The notes under the pieces were generated by a model. The model saw only the letters and a list, made by a program, of their open reading frames with translations. It was not told where the DNA came from and ran no database searches. This document shows positions 9,324-15,952 of a stretch of DNA of 32,000 nucleotides, piece after piece. Position 1 is the first letter of the stretch, and the number at the start of each line of letters is the position of its first letter. A program made the translations under genes and the position numbers. Where the stretch lies: assembly GCF_000237865.1 (NCBI RefSeq), contig NC_017459.1, positions 90,001 through 122,000 of the forward strand, given 5' to 3'. This stretch comes from Haloquadratum walsbyi C23 (GTDB lineage: Archaea; Halobacteriota; Halobacteria; Halobacteriales; Haloferacaceae).

Positions 9324-9370
9324 GTGTTATCGTTATAGCGATAAAGTATTCAAGTTGTTATCGCTATATA
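9324..9370 (+). promoter_or_regulatory. Operator-like repeats in front of the wHTH/NTase operon
   Basis: TGTTATCG(T/C)TATA occurs twice, starting at 9325 and 9356, 31 nt apart. The first copy sits in the palindrome TTATCG-TTATAG-CGATAA (9327-9344). The second copy includes a TATA-like CTATATA just upstream of the ATG at 9377. Confidence 0.35.
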
Positions 9371-9376
9371 GATAGC

Positions 9377-10033
9377 ATGGGTTTGGACTTCGTGAATCGG
9401 CACGTCGCCAAGATTTTATTGGCGGTTGAGGACGGAGACTCGATTAACAAGGTCTCCGAGAAGATCGACTCGTCCTACAGCTACACCTACGAATGGGTAA
9501 ACCGATTGGAAGAGATCGGCGTATTCGAACGGGACGACGGAATCCAAGCCTTGGACGATGAGTTCGTCGACTCCTTCAAGAACGTTGCCCAAACCGTGTT
9601 GAAGCGAGACTTGGATTTAGATGATGCCTACTTGTTGCCGAACTACGCGGGGATGGAATACCGGTACTCGAAGACCGATGCCGTATTCATCTGGACGAAA
9701 GGAGGCTACCAAATCGGACGGGACCAAAATGTCTACCCGGTCTTCATCGACGTGTACGAGAAAGACGTCGAAGAATGGAGGGAGTTCTTCCAAGGCTTCG
9801 GCATCAAAACCAGCGTCGGCGAGAGGCCTGAAGCAGAAGGGATTCACTTCGTCTTGTACCCACAGGAAGAGATGGAGGTCGACCGAGTGGAGAGTGCGTC
9901 GGTCGCTCCGTTAACTGAGACGGTGGAGTGGGCGGAGAAGTACAGGGCAAACTTTCAGCCCGCGTTAGAAATGTTGGATGAAATGTATGACTTAGGTCTC
10001 GGTGTAGAGTACCGAGAGCGGAACGTGATGTAA
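9377..10033 (+). CDS. Winged-HTH protein with extra C-terminal domain (AbiEi-like antitoxin/regulator candidate, 218 aa)
   Basis: Start chosen at MGLDFVNRH. The wHTH-like segment is ILLAVEDGDSINKVSEKIDSSYSYTYEWVNRLEEIGVF. The stop lies 2 nt before the start of the NTase gene. Confidence 0.6.
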   Translation: MGLDFVNRHVAKILLAVEDGDSINKVSEKIDSSYSYTYEWVNRLEEIGVFERDDGIQALDDEFVDSFKNVAQTVLKRDLDLDDAYLLPNYAGMEYRYSKTDAVFIWTKGGYQIGRDQNVYPVFIDVYEKDVEEWREFFQGFGIKTSVGERPEAEGIHFVLYPQEEMEVDRVESASVAPLTETVEWAEKYRANFQPALEMLDEMYDLGLGVEYRERNVM

Positions 10034-10035
10034 AT

Positions 10036-10713
10036 ATGAGTGGATTCATCGATAGAGAAAACGAGATATTTGGAGTTCTTCAAGACTTTAAGGCTGAAGG
10101 CCTGGATTTCGTAGTTGTCGGGGGCTACGGTGTTTCTGCGTATCAGCACAGGTATTCGGTTGACGCTGACATCGTATTGCGGTCGGAGGACTTGGAATGG
10201 TTTACCCAGGTTTTGGAACAGCGAGGTTTTGAGAAGGATACGGATCGGGACTTGGTATACAGTGGCCGGTATTTGGCGTATCTGAAGGATGAGGAGCTGC
10301 CTGTTACGATTGATCTATTGGTGGATGAGCTTCAGTGCCGGCAGACCGACGCTTCTTGGAGTTACCAATATTTCGAAGGTCACTCGGTGGAGAAGGAGAT
10401 CGAGGGTTCTGAAGAATCTGTGCAGGTCCGCGTTCCCTCTGAAGAATTGTTGATTGCGGTCAAGCTTCACAGCGGTCGCCTCACCGATGCACGGGATGTC
10501 GTCGCCCTGATCGAAGACGCAGAAATGGAAGAAGTAGAGAAGCACATCGATAGAGGAGACCGGGAGAGGCTGAGGCAGGTATTGGAGAACATCGAACAAA
10601 CCATATCTGACACCGATTTCGAGGACTCGTTCAAAGGCGTGTTCTCCCAGAACACTCTCCCAACAAAGCAGATACAGCGACTACAGGGATTCATCCAAGA
10701 GGTCACAGAGTAG
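10036..10713 (+). CDS. Pol-beta-superfamily nucleotidyltransferase (AbiEii / minimal-NTase-like, 225 aa)
   Basis: VVVGGYGVSAYQHRYSVDADIVL matches the GG-x(n)-D-x-D NTase signature. A later ELLIAVKLHSGRLTDARDVVAL helix is typical of AbiEii/DUF1814-type proteins. Confidence 0.75.
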   Translation: MSGFIDRENEIFGVLQDFKAEGLDFVVVGGYGVSAYQHRYSVDADIVLRSEDLEWFTQVLEQRGFEKDTDRDLVYSGRYLAYLKDEELPVTIDLLVDELQCRQTDASWSYQYFEGHSVEKEIEGSEESVQVRVPSEELLIAVKLHSGRLTDARDVVALIEDAEMEEVEKHIDRGDRERLRQVLENIEQTISDTDFEDSFKGVFSQNTLPTKQIQRLQGFIQEVTE

Positions 10714-10721
10714 GCTGGGAG

Positions 10722-10768
10722 ACGGTGAAGTACCTCGGGGTCACATCAAAGCCCCGAGGCTTCACCGT
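10722..10768. repeat. Palindromic element copy 1; also positioned as a bidirectional terminator hairpin between convergent genes
   Basis: ACGGTGAAG-TA-CCTCGGGG / loop TCACATCAAAG / CCCCGAGG-CTTCACCGT forms a 17-bp stem followed by TTTTG. Related copies lie at 14373-14410 and 15131-15168. Confidence 0.6.
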
Positions 10769-10820
10769 TTTGTCTATGTCGTCCAGAAATGGACGGATGG
10801 ACGCAGGCGAATTTCAGTCC

Positions 10821-10856
10821 CCTTGACCTTGACCTTGACCTTGACCTTGATCTTGA
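10821..10856. repeat. Hexanucleotide microsatellite (CCTTGA)x5 plus TCTTGA
   Basis: Read directly from the sequence. It encodes KV/QG/SR dipeptide repeats, depending on frame, at the 3' end of the orc1 relic. Confidence 0.95.
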
Positions 10857-10930
10857 GCTCCTTCTCTCGAAGTCGGCTGGAATTCACACCCGAACACCTC
10901 GCTGGTGTCCGTGAGGGTCGGTCGCTCCAC

Positions 10931-10948
10931 CACGACCACGACCACGAC
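10931..10948. repeat. Hexanucleotide microsatellite (CACGAC)x3
   Basis: Read directly from the sequence. Confidence 0.9.
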
Positions 10949-10984
10949 CTGACAACTTCCGTTGCACCACGAATAGCGGGTTGT

Positions 10985-11002
10985 GAGAGGGAGAGGGAGA
11001 GG
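10985..11002. repeat. Hexanucleotide microsatellite (GAGAGG)x3
   Basis: Read directly from the sequence. Confidence 0.9.
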
Positions 11003-11964
11003 AGTGGAGTCGCATTTCCACACTTCCCCTGTTCTGTGTCGAGTTCTTCTATGGCTTGGTAGGGCAGCCGATGGTGATCAGTCAGTTTCTGTAACCAGTG
11101 TTTGGTGCAAGTTTGAGAGACCTCTTCTTTGACTTCTTTCACGAGTGTTTCTGTCATTGCGTCTTCTGCGTGGTGTGCAGATACTCGGAGCCAAGTCAGT
11201 CCGACCTTCAGGTTCTGTGTGGATGAGGCGATGTAGGTCAGGGCCTCTCTTCGCAGGCTGCGGGGTTCCAGCGATTTTCGTGCTCGATCAGCGAGGACCT
11301 CATAGATCTCTTCTCCAGTGAATGGCTCGAAGCCGATCCGCTGAGGCTGTAAAGTGCTGAAGGTTCTCTCCTCCACTTGGCAGCTCAGATCTTTATGCAG
11401 AGTCCGTGTCCCTTCATTGAGTCCTGTAATGCGGTGTGGACTAGGAGCTGGGTTTTACTGTGCCCTGTGGGTCCTGTGTTGAGGACGTGGGTTAGTCTGT
11501 AGTTGTCGGTGAGTTCGATGTTTTCCTCGATTCCTAACTGGCTTTCACGGTATCCGAGGAATGAGGTGTTCAGGTTTTCTGTGCTTTTGATCAGTGTACG
11601 TGTTTCTTCCGAGTTCATCCTTCTGCGTTGAGAATGTTTTCTTGATCTGTGCTTGGTAATGATAGGAGGGCTACGAGTTCGGGGACTGAGGTTTGGAAGC
11701 TGTGGCTCTATGAGTTGAATCTGCGGTGGGCGATTGCTTCTGCGTAGTTGAGGATTTGCTGTTCTCGAAGTGGTTTGATGATGACTATATCGAGGTATCT
11801 CAAGCGACACCCCGGACTTCGCTAATCAACGCTCACAGGACGGACGATGAACCGTGGTCAGGAATGTGATAGAACTGCTCCTTGATGCGGCTATCCACGT
11901 CGGTTACGCGGTGAGTGAGCCTCCGCCGAAACAGCTATTCGTAAGACCAGCGTATTATATCTAT

Positions 11965-12246
11965 ATGTCTGAAGCGGCCACAAATGACGGCGATGGGAAC
12001 GACATCGCCACGGTGAATTTCAAACTCACCGAGTCGTTCCTCGAACAGATAGACGATACGTGGCAAGGGCGCGGATTCAACAGTCGGAGCGAATTCATCC
12101 GGTACACGCTTCGGGACGCCGTCGAGTTCCCGACGTTCGACCGCGACGAACTCGTTGCGCTCCTCGAAGCCGAGGAAGACATCCGCGAGGGACGAACGAC
12201 GAGCGCCGAGGAGGCCCGCGAGCGGTTCGGCGCGAGCGATGAGTGA
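11965..12246 (+). CDS. Ribbon-helix-helix (CopG/RelB-ParD-like) antitoxin
   Basis: Start at MSEAATNDG. The RHH is VNFKLTESFLEQIDDTWQGRGFNSRSEFIRYTLRDAV. The stop overlaps the toxin start (ATGAGTGA). Confidence 0.85.
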   Translation: MSEAATNDGDGNDIATVNFKLTESFLEQIDDTWQGRGFNSRSEFIRYTLRDAVEFPTFDRDELVALLEAEEDIREGRTTSAEEARERFGASDE

Positions 12247-12523
12247 CGACCGGTGGACGTGGGAACTCTCCTCAACGGCCGAAGACGACCTCGATGGACT
12301 GTCCCCCGCCGAGCAAGACCGGATACTCGACAAGCTCGATGAAATCGTCTCCTCGCCGTGGCGCGACCCGCCAGACTACGGCGAACCGCTCCAGAACAGC
12401 CCGTACAAGAAAATACGCGTCGGGGAGTTTCGGCTCTCGGTAAGCTTCCGACAGGACGACGGGCGGCTCGTCGTCGCACGTATCAAGCGTCGGGGCGGCG
12501 CGTACACCGCTGATGACGACTAA
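12239..12523 (+). CDS. RelE/ParE-family type II toxin (94 aa)
   Basis: MSDDRWTWELSSTAEDDLDGLSPAEQDRILDKLDEI...KKIRVGEFRLSVSF...LVVARIKRRGGAY follows the haloarchaeal RelE/ParE layout and is translationally coupled to the RHH gene. Confidence 0.85.
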   Translation: MSDDRWTWELSSTAEDDLDGLSPAEQDRILDKLDEIVSSPWRDPPDYGEPLQNSPYKKIRVGEFRLSVSFRQDDGRLVVARIKRRGGAYTADDD

Positions 12524-12617
12524 GTGATTGAAAATACGCCGGCAGATATTTTTCACTGCCTGACGGATATTCTCGATATGGTTCCCGTATCGATGAGGTG
12601 AGAACGATATAAGTCTC

Positions 12618-12803
12618 TTGACCGCGTGCAATGGTCTGCTGGTTTGCATCGGCCTGTATCTGCTCCTATTTTGGCTGACTGTCGGGTACTACGTGTATTC
12701 CGATTCGGAGAAACGGGAGTTCTCCAATCCGCAACTCCGTGGTGTCGTCTTGGGCATCCTCGGATTGCTCGTCAATTTGTATATCGTCCAACGGCAGGAC
12801 TGA
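12618..12803 (+). CDS. Small two-helix membrane protein (PLD-nuclease-N-terminal-domain-like)
   Basis: LLVCIGLYLLLFWLTVGYYVYSDSEKRE...VVLGILGLLVNLYIV. Only a TTG start is available. Confidence 0.4.
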   Translation: MTACNGLLVCIGLYLLLFWLTVGYYVYSDSEKREFSNPQLRGVVLGILGLLVNLYIVQRQD

Positions 12804-13058
12804 GTTCTCTCGTCACGTTTGCCCGACTCGATGAAATGTGCCATTTATCTGAACTACTCGAACCCCGTATGATTCTGATGTGGCGGGTGCGGTAACGCTC
12901 ACCCAAGCTTGTTTGTCGATTTTCGGTGCCCACAGACAGTATACGGGGTCGAACACCCGATTTTTTAGTAGCGTTGCTAGTAGAGGGACAAGAAGCACGC
13001 AAAGTGCGTTTTTGGCAAAAGTAGCCGCTTTCAGGATGAAGACCTCCTCGGCAAAGTA

Positions 13059-13104
13059 AGTCCTTGGTAAGGACGAGAGTGCGGGTTCAAATCCCGCCTC
13101 AGGC
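13059..13104 (+). repeat. attR-like core: orphan copy of the tRNA-Thr 3' half
   Basis: 45/46 identical to 6314-6359. No 5' half of a tRNA precedes it. Confidence 0.85.
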
Positions 13105-13704
13105 TGTTTCCTCTTGATTTCACCGGTTAGAGATCTTTTCTGTGTTTCAGCTATGGCCCGAACTCAAGGACGCGACCCCGGTGTCAACCCAAAAACACCG
13201 ACGCGGTAAAGCGATTACAAGAATTTGAACGGCTCTTTAGATAAGTCATTTAAAAATTGGCTGCGAAGTGATCTATATAAAGGGATACGATGACATCGAC
13301 GGTTGACGACGAAAACAAGGTGTAGAGAATCATTCTTTTAGCAGCTAAAATCTTGGTCGCGCCTCAGAACAGTTTACACTTCACCTCCAGTAGCGGCAAC
13401 CCAGACAGTGCAGTGGATCTGCTCGTGAGTTAATCGACAGAGTGTCTCATCGAAGAACTGGCTGAACGATTTTGTGATGCGACTAATCTATTAATAAAAC
13501 CTGGATCTCATAGTGACTATTGCAAGTCTTTACCGCCGTGATTATGCATGTCGGTGATTGGAGCCGCTGAACCCGCGTCATTTGACACCATCGGTGAAAC
13601 TATTCGAACTAATCACTATCAGAGAGGGTAACTGTTCGTCACGGTCACCAGCGAGAGATGGAGTGCCGTGTCGAAAAAACTCGTCTATCGAATCGGATGG
13701 ACCG

Positions 13705-13842
13705 TCATTTGTACGCGAGCTCTTTGTAAATCTCTTCATAATCGTCGAGATACCGCTTCCTGAGGAGCCGAATCAGGTATCGCCTAGCCTCCTCGGATGA
13801 CAGATCGTCCGGCAGACTTGTTCCATCGCTCTCAGCAGCCAT
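13705..13842 (-). CDS. Possible 45-aa acidic/basic helical micro-protein downstream of the Doc relic
   Basis: ATG at 13842 opens MAAESDGTSLPDDLSSEEARRYLIRLLRKRYLDDYEEIYKELAYK. It is below the track cutoff and has no family assignment. Confidence 0.25.
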   Translation of the reverse strand: MAAESDGTSLPDDLSSEEARRYLIRLLRKRYLDDYEEIYKELAYK

Positions 13843-13957
13843 ATCTAGTTGCTATCACGCGAGTCTGAGTCATAATCGTTGGGTTCGTTGCGGTTCTGGC
13901 TCTCGGATGTGTCAGGTCCAATGTTGTCCGAGATTCGTTCGGCATCCATGATTTGTG

Positions 13958-14330
13958 TCAACCACAACTCGATTGTCGTTTTATATTTCGGTTCGAGTGG
14001 CTCAGTGTGTTCGCGGAGATACAAAGAACGACTCCTCTCTCGACGTTCGTTTCGTTCGTGGTCAGCGTTTTCAGAACCTGCTTAATCTGACGGTTGTACG
14101 CGAACTCCAGTCCGTTCAACGCGCAGAAGCTACGGACCGACATGAGCGTTGTTCGTTTGTTCCCATTGACAAACGGATGGTTGACGACGATGAGATGGAG
14201 CAGCTGGAACGCTTTCCCGTGGAACGACTTGAGGACGTGGTCAAATGACCCTCACGGACGTGCTCGCCGGCGGTAGTCACCGCTGAGCGAGTACGCGTCG
14301 CGGAGCGTTGTTAGCGGTCATTAAAATCAC
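13958..14330 (-). pseudogene. Doc/Fic-family toxin relic (frameshifted, N-terminus lost)
   Basis: The open frame 14251-13958 reads GSFDHVLKSFHGKAFQLLHLIVVNHPFVNGNKRTTLMSVRSFCALNGLEF, containing the Fic/Doc core HxFx(D/N)GNKR. A TGA lies immediately upstream, with N-terminal-like sequence in another frame. The C-terminus also appears shifted. Confidence 0.65.
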
Positions 14331-14372
14331 GGTTAATATGACTTCTTGACACCCACAGATAAAACAACGAAA

Positions 14373-14410
14373 GTGCTTCGAGGCTTACATCTGACCCCGA
14401 GGTACTTTAC
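14373..14410. repeat. Palindromic element copy 2 (inverted orientation, degenerate left arm)
   Basis: GTGCTTCGAGGCTTACATCTGACCCCGAGGTACTTTAC aligns with the reverse complement of copy 1. They share TGACCCCGAGGTACTT. Confidence 0.5.
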
Positions 14411-15043
14411 GCAGGGTAGATGTTCTCACTTACCGTTGGTCATGTAATTATCACAATAATGTTAATTATGCATAGATAGCAGCTGTTTGCATAGCTCAAT
14501 TCACAATACAGCTTAGTGTTACAACCAAATATTGCCGATAGTACGCATCATCTATTTTCTGATAGTATATCAACTACTGAAGAGATAAACAGAATTTATT
14601 TATTCGTATTGTGTTAGGTTGATTAGAGGGTATGGGAAAATTATGTAGTCAGAGGCACCAATCCCGTTCTCTGAATTATCTAAGACCAATTTATGTGAAG
14701 TGATTGAATCTAAGATGATTCAGAGATACCCTCAACAACCGGACGATACTAAATTCCCTGAGTACTAGTATCTTCGCCGAATCTAATTCATACTATAGCG
14801 TATATCCTGATGTTAGTTCATATGATGAACTTGCTTTATTTATATATCCCTCAATATGAAATCACGAAAGCTGTTCATCTGCGCGCACGTGAGAAATAAT
14901 AAATAGACTACTCATAGTCAGTATTGAGATGATCACATTCTGTCGATGAGGTTCTATTGAAAATGCCACTCAGACTCGCTTAAGATACTGTAAGTGTTCA
15001 CAATTTTATACATGATTTATGATATATTTCTCATCGATTGATT

Positions 15044-15104
15044 CTAAAGGAAACAGCGAGAGTTCCACGGGTCACCTCACCCGACCCGTGGTCGTTTACT
15101 TTAG
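15044..15104. other. Long imperfect hairpin in an ORF-free AT-rich region
   Basis: The outer arms are CTAAAGGAAAC and GTTTACTTTAG (10/11 paired). The inner arms are a perfect 9 bp, CCACGGGTC and GACCCGTGG, with a 9-nt loop. Confidence 0.5.
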
Positions 15105-15130
15105 GACTTAGCATATGAGTATATTTTTCA

Positions 15131-15168
15131 GGTGAATCGCCTCGGGGTCAAGCCCCGGAGCATTCTCC
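15131..15168. repeat. Palindromic element copy 3 (same orientation as copy 1, shorter loop)
   Basis: GGTGAATCGCCTCGGGGTCAAGCCCCGGAGCATTCTCC compared with copy 1 GGTGAAGTACCTCGGGGTCACATCAAAGCCCCGAGGCTTCACC. Confidence 0.5.
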
Positions 15169-15797
15169 TAGACCGCCTGTAAACACCTGACACAGTATGA
15201 ACCATGTTCACTGTCTCAATAATTCTGATAGCTGCTCGTATATACGTCAATTATTTTGGAGCGTTTGAGATAGCCAATGAAATGAATCTTATATTGATTG
15301 AGTATTAATAGTACAACATATTTTGACACTCTCCTAAAATTGAGCTGTGAGCTTTCTTTTTCTTTTTAATTTGATTGAAAGAGTAAAAGAAGTAAGTGTC
15401 GAGGATGAGACTGCACTGAAGTGTTCTCGGTCCTCAATTTTGGATCACTGAGAGATGACAAATGCAATCCCCCTGTGCTCCCCTATTTTAGGTGTGGGGA
15501 CGAATCATATGAGTTCATGTGTGACATATGTCTATTGTATCAGAATTCGTATGTAATGAGTAATATCATACAATCGTCTTCAATCAGTCTACTCATCAGG
15601 ACTGCGCATCTAGACAATTGAGATTCCAATCATGAACAAGGTTAGTGTATCCTGCCTTTGAACAATTCCTGTTCATTTACAGTGAGACCAGGAGCGATCC
15701 GATACAATTCGTATCGTTCTGTAGACGATTGGAGATTGCAGACCGGCACTCCATGTTGATGAAGTGACGTATATTAGGTGTCTGCAAATATCATCAT

Positions 15798-15838
15798 AAA
15801 AATAGGAAGCCCCAGTTCACGGAAGCGGCGTCAGCCGC
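15798..15838 (-). terminator. Possible terminator of the K+ channel / giant-gene transcription unit
   Basis: AGCGGC-GTCA-GCCGCT hairpin (15823-15838), followed on the minus strand by a T5 run about 20 nt later. It lies about 115 nt past the channel stop. Confidence 0.25.
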
Positions 15839-15952
15839 TAAGTATGTAAGTGTAGTTCACTTTAGACCACTGATTGCGGTTGTAAGCATTGACACCGTTG
15901 TAAGACCAGACTTTGCCGTGTGAACACACATGAACATACATTCAGTTTCAGT

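Larger units (their letters stand above)
10774..11618 (-). pseudogene. orc1/cdc6 pseudogene (stop between fragments, about 100 codons of AAA+ core deleted, scrambled C-terminus)
   Basis: The N-terminal piece is MNSEETRTLIK...FLGYRESQLGIEENIEL...NTGPTGHSKTQL, with a corrupted Walker A. After a stop and an 8-nt gap comes the lid/wHTH piece IGFEPFTGEEIYEVLADRA...LTDHHRLPYQAIEEL. Walker B and sensor 1 are missing. Confidence 0.75.
6314..13104. mobile_element. tRNA-Thr-associated integrated element or genomic island (about 6.8 kb); no integrase detected, probably decayed
   Basis: Bounded by direct repeats of the tRNA 3' half. The cargo is accessory type (TA pairs, orc1/cdc6 relics, XRE regulator). 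Local GC swings from about 47% to about 62%. Confidence 0.7.

Noticed and set aside
9045-9376. ORF 9045-9257 (70 aa) and the N-terminal extension of ORF 9155-10033 (starts at 9155 or 9302).
   Set aside because: The extension encodes Cys/Arg/Tyr-rich sequence atypical of halophilic proteins and would bury the operator-like repeats in coding sequence. The 70-aa ORF has no recognisable fold and only a TTG or internal ATG start, although a small acidic protein cannot be excluded.
11619-11964. A possible replication origin (ORB repeats / DUE) next to the orc1 relics; 7913-8064 was examined as well.
   Set aside because: I could find no repeated ORB-like TTCCA...GGGG boxes and no flanked AT-rich unwinding element by eye. 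A motif scan would be needed to exclude degenerate copies.
12772-13104. Minus-strand ORFs 12772-13002 and 12813-12998, and the frame that stays open through attR, considered as a possible integrase fragment (SSV-type split int).
   Set aside because: The frame has only about 90 open codons and no recombinase motifs (no R, HxxR or Y catalytic pattern). The sequence looks random and hydrophobic. No matching partner fragment lies beside attL.
13955-14248. Plus-strand 97-aa ORF, and 13879-14085, in the Doc region.
   Set aside because: They are antisense to the recognisable Fic/Doc motif frame and have no features of their own.
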